NCBI GenBank assembly: GCA_051942205.1
Contig: JAVECO010000071.1
Location: 1 to 64,000 of the forward strand
Source: Coniocarpon cinnabarinum
Lineage: Eukaryota
Direction of reading: 5' to 3'
DNA length: 64,000 nt
Below are positions 24,549-36,916 of this stretch, piece by piece (the first letter of the stretch is position 1; each line of letters opens with the position of its first letter). The translations under genes and the position numbers were made by a program. The notes beneath the pieces were generated by a model. The model was not told the DNA's origin. It worked only from the letters and a program-made list of their open reading frames with translations, and ran no database searches.

Positions 24549-26782
24549 ATGAGCGAAACTTTCAATCAACATGGAGAAAGGAAAGCATGTGAGTCATGTG
24601 CAAAGGCCAAAGCAAAGTGCACATATACACAACCCAGCACTCCCGAATCCAGGTGTGAAAGGTAAATCACTCTTCGATAGTCCAGAGACATTACATGGAT
24701 ATGGCTCACAGGCTCTTCAAGATGCTCAAGGCTCAACAAAACATGTCTTGCACAAGCCCCAGCGGAGAAACGGATGAGGGTGGCAAAGTCAAATGTCTCG
24801 TAAGCGTTGCTCTTGCATAATACTTGTATCATTACAAATTCTAAACTAGCATGAGCAGGCGTGGCTTGCAAATGGAACAAAAGCTTGACAGCATCGTATG
24901 CATGGAGCCACTTTGAGTATCTGGTCTGTTACTTATGTTCGCATAGGTCAATCTTCTTGCGTCTCGAGATTCTGGAGAGGCTTTTCAAGGATCAAAAGAT
25001 CCCGTGGACACTTTGCGACCCGTTCCATTCGACCCCTTTCCGTATGTAAAACAGCGATACTCAAAGCATGCATGGCAGTCGGACTCGGCTCTCTCTGGTG
25101 GCGTCGATGCCGCTGTCGACGATGAGGATCTCCCTTCCGGACCTCTTCCCCACGTCAACCTTTCTTACAATGAAGCCGAGCGATTGATTGACGCATGGCG
25201 GCCGCAGTTGGCCGAGCACTTTCCCTTCGCTGCCCTGTATGAGGGACAGAGTACACAGTATTTGCTCGTCGAGATGCCATTCTTCGCAACAGGCATAGCT
25301 TGCGCTGCGTTGTATGGGGATCTGAAGAGACAGGTCGAGGTATCTCAGAGCATGATCAAGGACATCGGGGAGAAAATGTTGCTCGAGGGTGAAAAAAGCC
25401 TGGATCTGCTGTTGGGTATTCTTGTCTTATTGGCATGGTAAGTGCGATTCGATGGAAGCGTGTTGTGTACTAATAGGTTTCAGGTATCATTTTCATGTAT
25501 TTGTAAACCCACAAGTGTCCAATCTGCACCACCTATGCGCTGCGCTACTCGTCGATCTGGGACTCAATCGACCGCCAGATCGATTATTTGCTCAAAAGTG
25601 GCAACTCTTCAGCTTGCAATTTGTACATGGACCCAATGCGCATCGAGAGATGCGCAGCATGGTAGAAAGGCGAGCTCTTGCAGGCTGCTACTACATGAGC
25701 AACGTGTGAGTATACATGGCATTGTCTCATTCGATTCCAGTACACTGACAGCTCTGCAGCATTTGGTCTACGTTCAAGAAGATGAGCTCCACGCCCTATT
25801 CAGAACATGTTGAAGAGGCCGTAGAGAAGTTATTGTGCAGCAGAGAGCTGCCTTCGGATGAGCTTCTCGCATATCTTGTCAAGTGTCAACGGCTAATGGA
25901 GAGTGTTGAGCTCGGCCTTGGGCTGAATCATCCAAGTGCAGATGACTCAGAGTCTGCGCAACACGTACTGTTCTTCGTCTCAGCTTTCACGACTGAACTC
26001 AAAGAATTGCGGCAGAAAATGCCCGAGACGGTGAGAGAGAACAGTGAGCTCTGGCATGCTCGTGCTTCGAATATTGCTTTCTAACTGACTATTTGATAGT
26101 TACTATGCAACTCGCATGCCTCGAAGTAGAAGCTCTCATCTATGATATCGCTTTTCAAAATCTCCATGTATTGGCCAGCCATCAAAAGGGCGACGCACAC
26201 ACGCGCTCAGTAAGGCGACTTGAGTACCTCAAACTCACTTTGCAGAGCTGTAAAGCATTCTGCGATGTTCTCACTACAATCAACCCAGCCGAATATTACC
26301 GTCATGCTTTCGACACCTGGGCTCGCATGTGCCGCATACTTATGGTCATTGCTCGCATCTCCAGTCTTCCGGATCTGCAGAATCTTACCCATGAATTGGG
26401 CAGCATCATAGATTTCGATAATTGCACAGAGGCCTTTGCACAGAAGTTCGAACGAGCCGATGAGTGCGCAAGAGCTCTAGGACATCCAATGGGCGAGAAC
26501 CATGTCTTCAAGCGATGGGCATGGCGTCTCCGGACGTTTCAAGAAGGTAACAGACACACTCTTCACCCGGATAACCTCAACTATCTCGCTTCGAAAGCGG
26601 CTTTCCCAGGAGACGACCCCGTTCCTGACCCTTCTCCAGTCCCAACGACAAGCTCGACCTCGGTGCAAACACCTAGTCAGGACGATGCAATGAACGCGCG
26701 ATTTCTCGCGAGTACTACAGGTCCCTGGGATGAAGATGTGGCAGAATACGGCAATCCTACAGCTTTGTGTCCGATGAGTTAG
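24549..26782 (+). CDS. Zn(II)2Cys6 fungal transcription factor
   Basis: Hand-spliced MSETFNQHGERKACESCAKAKAKCTYTQPSTPESRCER|CSRLNKTC; coiled coil QMEQKLDSI|VNLL; middle homology region HFPF...GEKSLDLLLGILVLLAW|YHF...VDLGLNR...ERRALAGCYY. About 7 exons. Confidence 0.9.
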
Positions 26783-27162
26783 AAGGCTAGAGCGACTCAG
26801 ATGAATTTAAAGATTGACCCTGCTTGTCCAGCGTGGGATGGCTCTTGTCTCGAAACAAGTAACGTACTTTGGAGCATCGATCTACGCTGAATCCTTTGCT
26901 TTGAGCTGTCAGCACTCCGTATCCATGGTTAATAGTGCTTGCCGTAGCACGGTCGCGCTCAGGACTTGCTTACAACTGCTGGCGTGTGGCCTACGTCTTC
27001 ACCCTGTCGATCCTAGAAAATCGTGACGGATATCGCTCTGGCAGGGTATCAATCGGATCCGTTCGCGTCAATGTCGTCGCCGCCGTACGGCCCGTCTTCC
27101 GATCTCACGGGTCTACAAAATGACACAATGCCTGATCATGATTTCATGTTGTCTGATTAAAA

Positions 27163-28190
27163 ATGACTCGCAACGATAGCGAAATGTCTCACAATATACA
27201 TAATCAGGCTTCTACAGGCTATGATGCTCATACATCTCTGTCCGAGGACATGTTGAAGGTCAATCCACAGAGGCAGGCTCAGCTGCTTGAAGCCGCAACA
27301 ACTGTGTCATCGCGGATTAATACTGCGAAGAATGCTGCGGCTCGTCAGAGAGATGTGCGTGTTGCCATTGCTGAGACATTTCACGTCCTTCTCGAATGCT
27401 GACTTTGCTCCTATGACAGGTCCGACTTATCCTTGTCTCTAAACTGAAGCCGCCGTCCGATATCCTTGCGTTGCACAACCATGCGCCGCAAACGCATACT
27501 CACTTCGGTGAGAACTACGTGCAAGAGCTCCAGACCAAAGCCAAGCAGCTTCCGAAGACTATAAAATGGCATTTTATTGGCGGTCTGCAGAGCAATAAAT
27601 GTAAGACACTCGCAAACGACACGGATGCGCTTTGGTGTGTTAGTAGCGTAGACAGCGTGAAAAAGGCCAACGAGTTAGAGAAGGGTCGAGCCGCACGTGC
27701 CCAGAAGACGACAAGCTCTGCCCCAAGCGAAGGGTCTCAAAGTGAACAAGCCAAAGATCACGAGGAGCGACTTCGCATACACGTGCAGATCAACACATCT
27801 GGCGAGGAGTCCAAGAGTGGAGTCGAGCCTCATAATGCGACGGGTCTATGCAAGCACATCATTGATTCGTGTCCTCACTTGCGGCTGGCCGGCTTCATGA
27901 CAATCGGTGCCATCGCACGCTCGCAAGCAACGACGGCGGAGACAGAGAACGAGGACTTTGTGAAGCTGCGCGAAGTCAGAGATCGCGTTGCGACTGATCT
28001 GAACTGGAAACAGGATGATCTCGAGCTCAGTATGGGGATGAGCAATGACTTTGAAAGCGCGATCCAGGCGGGGGCTGATGAGGTAAGAGTGGGAAGCACA
28101 ATATTTGGGGAGCGCGCAGCCAAGGGGAGCCGGGTTCCTGATGATAAGGGACAGCAAGCCAAAGAAGGTGTTGAGCAAGGGAAAGGCTAA
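27163..28190 (+). CDS. PLPBP: Pyridoxal phosphate homeostasis protein (PLPBP/YggS/YBL036C family)
   Basis: VRLILVSKLKP (PLP-binding Lys), HFGENYVQEL, WHFIGGLQSNK, VQINTSGEESKSG, GFMTIG, LSMGMSNDFESAI, VRVGSTIFGER. Intron 27355-27419; start could be 27163, 27184 or 27250. Confidence 0.95.
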
Positions 28191-28581
28191 TTGTTGTCTT
28201 CTCTACCCAAGCTGTAATGCCATGAATATTATACATAAAATGGCAGCCGCTACAGTAGGGTCGAAATTCGATATCTGCAGAGAATCTGGATAGCGGGTAG
28301 TGCTGACTTGAGATGTCAGACCCTTGAAAATTCATCCGGTAAGCTGACCTGCGCATGTCTGGGTGAGCGGCCCCAAGCAAATGTTTGCTGACATCCTGTA
28401 GAGACGGGAGGCTGTGTTCAAGCACTCAGGCAGCAAGATTCAGCAGCTTATAATGAGGGCCGCGCAACCGCATATTCCTTGAAGCGTTTTCGGTATTGTG
28501 AGTCACTGGAAAACACCTCTAAACCACGTCAGACACCCAGATACCGCATCAGACGCTGCTCGGCCGAATCGAGTCTCGAAA

Positions 28582-29158
28582 ATGGCCTCTCACATGTCGA
28601 CACTGTCTATAGAGCATGTCCTACCTCTGTGCACCTCATCGGCATCGTTTGCTCTTTCGCTGATGCAATTCCCCATTTTCGGGGCATTCCTGTGGGGCAA
28701 GCCATCCATTGCTGGGCGTCCCTTTTCAGCATACTGGCAAGCATTCTTGAATCCGTGCCTACCACTCATTATTGGATCGCTTCTCGCCTCAGCAGGGTCG
28801 GGCTTTCTAGCATTTCGAAGTCTGCCAGAGTAAGATGGACCTAGAGCTTACTGCACTGACCGACGAAGCTAATGCGAACAGTAGCTCACCAGCTGCGTCA
28901 TGGTACAGCTACGGCGCATCCAGCGCTGTTGGTCATCTCGCCTTCGTGCCCTTAGTGGCGCCGCACATTCGCGACATGCAGTCTCGTAATAGTGGGAAAG
29001 AGAATGGAGACAAAGATGAAAGTAGCGAGCAGGCGATCGACGCGGCGAACAGGAAGAGCCAGGCGGCCTGGTTCAGAGTGCACGCCGTGAGGACATTTTC
29101 CGTAGATCTGGCTGCGGTGGTGTTCTTTTACCAAGGCCTCAAGAGGGCTGTCTCATGA
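28582..29158 (+). CDS. Small fungal integral membrane protein
   Basis: Two exons (intron 28830-28881); 3-4 hydrophobic segments; WY..G...AVGHLAFVP and WFRVHAVRTFSVDLAA motifs. Confidence 0.75.
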
Positions 29159-30000
29159 GACCGACGATAATCTTGATTGCAAATCAACTGTCCTCGGCGT
29201 TGTCCGCGCGCGAGACTGCAGCCTTGGTAGTTGCGATTGAGAGGGAACGCGGGTGATGAGTGACATGGATGGTCGCTAATTACTCCAAGGCTGCAGTCTC
29301 CTCGAAGGGTAAATTGAATACCCTTCCCAAGATCAGTCCATCCTGCGAGCTGCTGTTGCGCTATATCCCGCCTACATGCCCGTCATCCGTCTTTCCCTAC
29401 CTGCACACGGCCCTTTCGAGGAGCTTTGCGCAAAGTCCGGGCAGGGGACCCATCTATAAAGTGACGCTGCCTTTTCTCGGCCGAGCATGTGACACGGAGA
29501 TAGGCAGCCTATCTGACACGTGTCCGCGAACGTGAAGAGATGAGGCTGCTATGGGCGAGAGGGAAGCCGCAAACAGCAAAGGACAGTGGTAAGAAAATGC
29601 TTGGTATGCATGAACAGCAAGAACAGGCCGGGGGTCGCAATAAGCAATAGCAGAGCTGGCCAATGAGTCGCGGGCACTGGGTTCGGCTCTACGAATGTCG
29701 CGAGCGTCTGGCGTGTCTGGCGTGCAGCTTAACACCGCTTACTCGACTGGGAGAGCGATGCGTCCACGGCATCAACACTTTTTGTCAGCACCAGACGCTC
29801 TCGCACGAGTGCCATCAACAGGTATTTGAACGGCGTCCGATCCACTTCGTCATTGTCCTCTAAGATTTACTTTGCCTCTCGACGACTGCGCACGCGACCT
29901 GCATACATTGGACTGTGCTGTGCGCTTCGACAGAACCTTTGACGGAAAGGCCCGCAGTTGACCCGCGTTCGGCCTGACGGTCATTGCCGCGCTGCCAACC

Positions 30001-31659
30001 ATGTCTGCAGACCCAGAAAAATCCACACCCGCCCCAGGCCAGTCTACGCGTCCTGAGGAAGTCGACCTCGAAGAAGGCTCCGAGAGCAGTGATGCGATTG
30101 ATGATGCAAAGCGACGAGAAGCTGTCGAGCAAGAGAAGGATGCGGTGCCAAATGCGCAACAAGTCCCCCAGTCTGACGGCGGAGCTGTCAAGAAGTCACA
30201 ATCCAAAGCTTCGGCAAACGATGTCAATTCGGTACCCAATGGAGGACTCGTGGCATGGTTACAAGTCTTAGGCGCGTGGTCCTTGTTCTTTAACACATGG
30301 TGAGTGGATACCTGTATAGGACGGGAAAGTATTTCGAGCGGAGATCTCGAGACTAACCAATGCACGTACAGGGGTATTCTGAACACCTTTGGCGTATACC
30401 AAACCTACTACGAATCCATCAATCTCGCCTCATCGTCCGACATATCCTGGATTGGAAGCATTCAGTCGTTTCTCCTGCTCTTTGTCGGCGCCATCACGGG
30501 TCCCGTGTACGATGCAGGCCACCTGCGTATACTTCTCGTGGTTGGGACATTTGGGGTTGTCTTTGGACATATGTGAGACCCGCATGTGCTATGTTCGGAG
30601 AAGTAACAGCGCTAACGCTGCACGTCGCAGGATGCTCAGCTTGATCCACGAGTACTGGCAGGCGGTGCTCGCGCAAGCCATCGTCGTTGGGCTCGGAGCA
30701 GGATGCCTGTTCGTGCCCAGCGTCGCCATCATCTCGACATATTTCACAACGAGGATCTCAACCGCCATTGGCGTTGCCGCTACAGGGAGCAGTCTTGGTG
30801 GCGTCATCTATCCCATCATGTTCTACAAGCTCGTGCCTGAAGTGGGCTTCCCGTGGGCTGTGAGGATTCTGGGGTTCATGGCTCTGGGTCTCCTGGCCAT
30901 TCCATGCATCGTCATGAAGATGCGTGTCAAGCCGCCAGCCAAGAGAAAGCTCTTCTCTATTGAAGCTTTCAAAGAGGTACCATACACATTGTTCTGCATC
31001 GGCTCGATTGCAGGTGAGTGACCTCTCGCGCCCATTTCTGACGCTTTGGTTGCGCAGACGGATATCAAGAAACAACACGCACTGGATGAGACGTGACTGA
31101 CATACCGAGCACAGGCTTCATGGGTCTTTACGTCATCTTCTTCTACATCTCCTATTATGGCTACGCGTCCGGATTGACAAACGAAAGCCTCAGCTTCTAC
31201 CTGATCCCCATTCTCAACGCGGCCTCCACGTTCGGGCGTTTACTCCCCAACATCGTCGCCGACAAGGTCGGGCCACTCAACCTCATGGGTCCATCTGCCG
31301 TCATCTCCAGTGTCATCACCTATTCTGCAATAGCCACCAATAGCTCTGCCGGCGTTGTCCTGGTTGCCGCATTCTACGGCTTCTGCAGCGGCACATTTGT
31401 CAGCTTGCCTCCATCAATCGTGGTGAAGCTCACTCCTGTGAACAAGCGCTATACGATCGGCACGCGATTAGGCATGTATTTCACCTGTGGTAGTATCGGT
31501 GCGCTGGTAGGCGGGCCTGTCGCTGGTATAATCTTGACGTCGGAGAACCACTTTTCGCGCATGTTCATTTTCGGGGGATCATTACTGATGGCCGGTGCGG
31601 TGTTCTTCGGCTTCACGCGAATGTTTGCTGCGAATTGGAAGCTGGCCGTCCGAATTTGA
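30001..31659 (+). CDS. MFS monocarboxylate-family transporter (Mch-like)
   Basis: VPNGGLVAWLQVLGAWSLFFNTW|GILNTFGVYQTYY, ISWIGSIQSFL, GPVYDAG, GSSLGGVIYPIMF, GFPWAVR, ILNAASTFGRLLP, IGTRLGM. 4 exons. Confidence 0.93.
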
Positions 31660-32326
31660 ACGGATGTTGGTGCATTGGCATCGATATCAAGCGAAAGAAG
31701 ACGGATTCAATAGAAGCGGAGGTCTGTTGTTGTACGATGATGCTACGGCTGTCTGAACTAGAGGATAGGATGTATTAATTACTCGGAACTATGATAAGTT
31801 TCCTCGCTTCTCTTCAAACACAGGTCCGAAGTCACATCTTTTCTCGGTTTCAAGGTCGAGATTGAGTTGCGAGTGCAGCGATGAACAATGTGGTGCAGGT
31901 GATTATCTGTGCAAATGGAATATATAGTCTAGTCCGAGCGATCCCTCAATGTTGAAGCCTGACAGCTGACGCCGGGCTGTATAGGATATCGACAAGAATA
32001 ATCCTGACACCGCCAAACTTTTTTTTCCATTCCTCCTACTCCGCAGCGACCTCGTCATACAGCGCAACACCTCTCTTATAAGGTCTGCCCATATAACCCG
32101 TTTTAAAGGCCAATTCAACGGCACGGACGGGCTATACTGCTTTTAATTGCTTAACTCTGCCTATCTAATCTCACCGACTGGCCTGAGTCGGACTCGTCAC
32201 CTCACCTCGCCTTCTCCCACCTCATCCATCGCACTATAAATCCTCTATCTCCTAAGAAGACACCAACATAATCTCGAGTCGGAGCAAGCTATACGCTTCT
32301 GCGCCTCGTGCGCCTCTCTTTAATCT

Positions 32327-32906
32327 ATGGTACCCCTCCTCCATCTTCGTTCACTTCCACCATTCAATCCCCACCCGAACCACCCTCGGTTTTCTCCACT
32401 CCCTTGCAATCGCGGCGGATCTCTTTACTGATGGTGCTTACTAGGCCCACCGCTTCCTCACCCAAGCCGCCGTCACCGCCGCCCGCGTCTTCGGCCGCGC
32501 CTTCGCCGAAGCCTACAAACAAGCCAACGCCTCTTCCGCGTATCGTCGCGCCAACCCTTCCTCTTCTTCCACCCCCAGCCCCACTCACTCCGGCCTCACG
32601 ACCGAAGAAGCCTGTCGCATTTTGAACATCTCCCCGCCGAAGTCCGGCTTCAAATTGGGTCAGAACAGAGGCGGTGGCGCCGCAGTTGAGGGAGGAATGG
32701 AGGCGGAGGCCGAGAAATATAGGGGAATGTTAATAGAGCGGTTCAAGAAGTTGTTTGATCAGAATGATCCGGGGAAGGGGGGGAGTTTTTATTTGCAGAG
32801 TAAAGTGCTGAGGGCGCGGGAGCGGTTGGAGAGTGAGGTGGGTAGAACAGGAGAGGCGGCGGAGATGGGGAGGGAGGAGATGCCGAGGATGTATAAGGAT
32901 CGGTGA
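32327..32906 (+). CDS. PAM16: Mitochondrial import motor J-like subunit Pam16/Tim16
   Basis: ATG-only first exon (32327-32329), intron 32330-32444, then AHRFLTQ...RVFGRAFAEAYKQA...GLTTEEACRILN...RFKKLFDQNDPGKGGSFYLQSKVLRARERLE. Confidence 0.93.
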
Positions 32907-33650
32907 CGCGGGAGGATTGAGATTCAGTGACGGAAACATCTTGGCTCTTTGATGATCGAGGATGAGGGAGATAGACGAGCAAGCGCGCGGAGCGAGGATT
33001 CAGATGAGGGGAGTGGCGACGGAGAGAATGGCAGGAGGACAGGGCTTGACGCGCGAGATCCGCGAGGCTGATGATGGGAGACGTACGCGGCGAGCACGTT
33101 GAAGAGAGGTTTCGGATGCGATTTAGCGCGGCGTTGGGAACTGATATAGATAGGTGCGCGCGGCGTGTGCCTGAATGCTTTTGGCGCGGGCAGATGGCTG
33201 ACATTGAGGTTGAAGCATGGCCCATGGGCGCCGGCGGAAGCATAATCAGCCTGCTGAAGGACGAGAGGATCACCACTCTCGGAGAAATGTACGATACTCT
33301 ACTCAGACAGAAGAACCAATATACTTGACAGTGCTTCGCGTGCACTGAGATGGCAATAGCGCTTTTGTAGCGGTCTCCGCAAGGGAAAGCTTGGAACATC
33401 ACCAAGTGTTGAAGCATATTTGGTGCCTGGCGGGAGGTCTGACTTCAGGTACAAGCAATGAAGCGGTCAGCGTCACAGACACAAGTCACTGCCGAATTGC
33501 AGTCCGGGCAGCGAGCCCGTACGATCAGAGAAATCCGGATCACAGTGCTATGCGTTTCACGGCGAAAGCACTTTGCAACTGGAAAACGCTGCATCATACT
33601 CCAGCCAGTATTTCAACGAGGCCCTGTCGGTATCAGAACCACCATCGAAT

Positions 33651-34847
33651 CTACCCATTCCCACCCCTCTCGGCGCATACACCCCTCAAAGCCTCCTCAA
33701 ACTTCCCACAGAAACTCACAAACACATCCTCTTCACCTCCCTCAAGCGGCCTCTTCGAAACCCGTACAACTCTCAGCGCCAACGCCTTGACGTCTTCAAT
33801 TCTCTTTTTCGCCTCGTCGACATCGCCTTCGTACAATGATCCAGCGATTTCGTCGACTTCTCCGGGTATTCGTCCTAATCCCCCGACAAATTCATCACTT
33901 CTCCGTACATCCTCGCTGCTCCAGGGAGTTTGGGTAGATTGAGGTGCGCTGTTGACTCTTACGCGATACTTGATAACAGCAGCGTATAAACTCCGCAGCA
34001 ACCCCAGTAATCTCACCGTTTCATTGAGCAACTCACGCACATCGTCCCGTGCACGAACGGACGTCGGAGTCTCGAGCGTGAGTTTCTGTATTCCGAGACT
34101 TGCCGCTACATCCCCTTCCTCATCGTCGTTGACGTCGTCGTCGTCAGCCTCGGAGAAGCCCTCATCGAGATCATCATCTCGCCATTCTTTCAATTCCGAA
34201 AGCGCATCCTCGACTAATGTCTTGAATGTTGAGACTTTTTGCAAGAGTAATCCGGTGGTGCCCATTTCATGGAGGGATGCAAGATCCGTGCAGGAATTCC
34301 AGATGACGCCTGTTAGACTCGTGATTTTGTCTTTCTCCACCATTGTTTCTTTCTTCACCATACCATTTACCCCCGCTTTCCGCGATGCTCCAGCACTCTT
34401 CTCGGGGTTTCCCGTAGCGCTAGTATAAAGCGCAGATTGCGTTTGAATGGCCTCTACCAGCGTTTGAAAATCGAGCATAACCCTCCGAACACGCGATCGC
34501 ATTTCAGACACCATGACACTACCCAAAAGTGAGGGGTCGGCGAAGTCGAGCGAGGCGATCATGGAGGGGAGGACGGACGTTGAGACTTTGTGGAGTTCTG
34601 TGGCGAGTGCACTGGCGGTGAAGGGTGGTGTAATCAGCAGCAGGGAGAGTTTAGTGGTGTGAGCGTGGAGGAGGTCGGCCGTGTCTTTGAGAAGCGGAAG
34701 GGCTTGAGATGCGTTTGTGTTGGAGGTGCTAGTAGTTTTGGTGCAAGTGGGGCTTGAGGACTTCAATGCGGTAGTGGCGTTTGTGAGGAGGGTGAGCGTG
34801 GATGATAGGACGTCTGAGAGGACTGGGATGGCGGCAGCGGACGCCAT
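33651..34847 (-). CDS. GCIP / cyclin-D1-binding protein 1-like helical protein
   Basis: Intronless 398 aa: LHAHTTKLSLLLITPPFTASA, TGVIWNSCTDL, LVEDALSELKEW, acidic tract, VDEIAGSLY. Confidence 0.8.
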   Translation of the reverse strand: MASAAAIPVLSDVLSSTLTLLTNATTALKSSSPTCTKTTSTSNTNASQALPLLKDTADLLHAHTTKLSLLLITPPFTASALATELHKVSTSVLPSMIASLDFADPSLLGSVMVSEMRSRVRRVMLDFQTLVEAIQTQSALYTSATGNPEKSAGASRKAGVNGMVKKETMVEKDKITSLTGVIWNSCTDLASLHEMGTTGLLLQKVSTFKTLVEDALSELKEWRDDDLDEGFSEADDDDVNDDEEGDVAASLGIQKLTLETPTSVRARDDVRELLNETVRLLGLLRSLYAAVIKYRVRVNSAPQSTQTPWSSEDVRRSDEFVGGLGRIPGEVDEIAGSLYEGDVDEAKKRIEDVKALALRVVRVSKRPLEGGEEDVFVSFCGKFEEALRGVCAERGGNG

Positions 34848-35095
34848 GATCGGCGTGATTACAGCTTTGATATGTCCTGGGCGATATAGGCATTGTGAAG
34901 AGTCACTGAGCGGGGGTTGAGGGATCGGATGAGTTTGGGTGCCTGAGATCTCAGGTGTACTATCTTATCTCTGCTGCATATAACCACGTGCAGCACCTCG
35001 AATTCGTTGATTTGAACAAACGTTTCTTCTAGAGCTCGTAGGAGTGTATGGATGATCGCTTCCACGAATCGGCAAATGCGTCTGAACGCGTGTCA

Positions 35096-35487
35096 TGATT
35101 CCAGTAGATCATTTTTGCAGCAGCACACACATCCGTACACACACCGAAACAGGTTCAATTTGACTCAGGCGCCTTGCCACATTCGCGCTAGAAGTAGGCT
35201 TTGCGCCTTACACATCGTCTTGTGGAGAGCTCTGTACACAGCTAATCTTGGCTTAGGGGTAGCGATAGCGCTGCGCGATTATGCCTGGCGTACGCGCGAT
35301 CGCTGTAGCGAACTCGCTACATGAGATCGCGTCTCGCTCCCGCTCTTAGCAGAGATAGTGTAGCGGCCACTATCGAGATAGGGCCACACTACGGAGCTGA
35401 CCAAGCTAAATTGAGTGTGTGTCGGAGTGCGCAGATTATGCCATAATTCGGTGTGTAAGCTGCTGCAAAAATGATCTAGTGAAATCA
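35096..35487. mobile_element. MITE-like non-autonomous element (about 380-390 bp) with terminal inverted repeats
   Basis: Perfect 20-bp inverted repeat TAGATCATTTTTGCAGCAGC (35105-35124 and 35459-35478), extendable to 27/29 (35096-35124 and 35459-35487). Degenerate subterminal ACACAC..CCG and TCAATTT matches, internal hairpins, no coding capacity. Confidence 0.65.
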
Positions 35488-36234
35488 AATCTGCCACCTA
35501 ATCTTCCGACTCCCTTCGGCCCGCCACGCCGCCGGAGCTACAACCAATCCTGAACCTCAGTCTTCCGGAGACTCCGGATACTCGGTAGCCGCGGAGTGAC
35601 GATGGCGCGACGCTCATCTCTACCTCTCAGAAACTGCATCACGTCACATGCTAGTAAAGCAATAAACAACATGACCCGTGGCTCGATCACTGTTGCGAAC
35701 TATGATCTTCTCTCATGGTCATCGATGCCGCAGGTACCCGTCGGTTAGGCTGACAAAAGGATTTGCTAGATCCATGACAGCCTTACCCGTGGTCTTGCAG
35801 AATCTGAAACGTTTTGGAAGATGCCCCGCCTCTTGTTTTATCGTGAGTGCCAGTGCCCTCCAACGGAATACCTGGCAACATCATATTAAATTCTTTCATG
35901 ATGGACAATGCCAGACTATCACCACAGTCTCGTTGGAGTGCTTTCTCTCTCACGCACGTTAGCCTCACTATGACGGAACTGAATGAGGCAAACTTAGAAG
36001 CAATGGAGAATGTCTGATAACAGGATGATGTTTCCACTGGGTCATCGTCCGTGCATCTGCTACTGGAGCCAACGTCGAGGATACTGCCACATATACTTTG
36101 TCTTCTCTGATGAGAGTATAAGGAGGACACCGTAAAGCTGCCTTCATCCATTCCTCAAAATCATCGTTAGCATCTTCTCTGCAAACCACTATCACACTCG
36201 CAACCCCGCGCGTTTGCAGCGCCTCCCTTTGGCC

Positions 36235-36916
36235 ATGCCAGGTTCCAGTATCGACAGCGAAGACAGAAGAATCCTCGAGCCCTCAGCGAACGTGTCTGGT
36301 AAGTCCACATCCAAAAGGTCCGGCTCCAAAAGTTCTAGTGTGGACAGCAAAGACAGAGAGATCTTCAAGTACTCACTATACGTTTCAGGGGAGTCCGCTT
36401 CAGGGGAGTCCGCTTCAGGGAAGTCCGCTTCAGGGAAGTCCGCTTCAGGGAAGTCCGCTTCAGGGAAGTCCGCTTCAGAAGAATCAGAATCAGAATCAGG
36501 TGATCCAGGGCCGTCAACTCAAAGGTGTGTTTCACTGGTGTCACACGCCTTCTGTCTGTGATCGACATATCGAGGGTCTAACTGCTTCCAGGGGTAACGC
36601 GGACCAAAAATATTGCGAACCCTGCAACTACACAGCCACAAGACCTTACAAATGGCGACGACACATGAACAGCAAAAAGCATGTTCGAAACGTTCCAGAG
36701 CATGCCAAGAAACAGGTGCTGTTCGCTTGTCCTTGGCGTAACTGTAACAAAAAAGATATGGGCCAGCCAGCGCATGTTATAAGTCATGTGAGACATACTC
36801 ACGATCCCAACGGCACTGCATACTGCTGTCATAACTGTGGAAAATCGTACACGCACCAGCGAAACCTCATCGCACATGAGTGCAAAGCTAACGTGAAGAA
36901 GTTAGTGGGCAAATGA
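36235..36916 (+). CDS. Small zinc-finger protein (204 aa; two C2H2 fingers and one C2HC) with Ser-rich repeat N-terminus
   Basis: Intron 36525-36591 (GTGTGT...CTAAC...CAG) joins two ORF-track frames in phase: ...PSTQR|GNADQKYCEPCNYTATRPYKWRRHMNSKKH...FACPWRNC...HVRHTH...YCCHNCGKSYTHQRNLIAHEC. Confidence 0.8.
36385..36498 (+). repeat. 15-bp tandem repeat x6 (TCAGGGRAGTCCGCT, encoding SG[E/K]SA) followed by (GAATCA)3
   Basis: Two GGGGAG-type units then four GGGAAG-type units, otherwise identical. Confidence 0.95.

Noticed and set aside
1..31659. Possible vitamin B6/B3 gene cluster (PNPOx family, cyclase, Tna1-like permease, PLPBP, Mch-like transporter)
   Set aside because: The genes are spread over 30 kb among unrelated housekeeping genes, and their substrate specificities cannot be assigned from sequence.
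32743..33417. 224-aa minus-strand ORF between Pam16 and GCIP
   Set aside because: No recognisable motifs; it overlaps Pam16 antisense and is explained by G-rich, stop-poor sequence.
35671..36200. Possible spliced mini-gene or upstream exons (MTRGSITV...|IHDSLTRG...)
   Set aside because: Splice signals are plausible, but there is no recognisable protein and I could not join it in frame to the zinc-finger gene.
36338..36480. (QGSPL)n and (LKRTS)n peptide repeats as a possible RiPP precursor or CRISPR-like array
   Set aside because: The units are contiguous with no spacers, there is no signal peptide or Kex2-flanked core in the spliced frame, and no DUF3328 or cas gene is nearby. The spliced frame is SG[E/K]SA.
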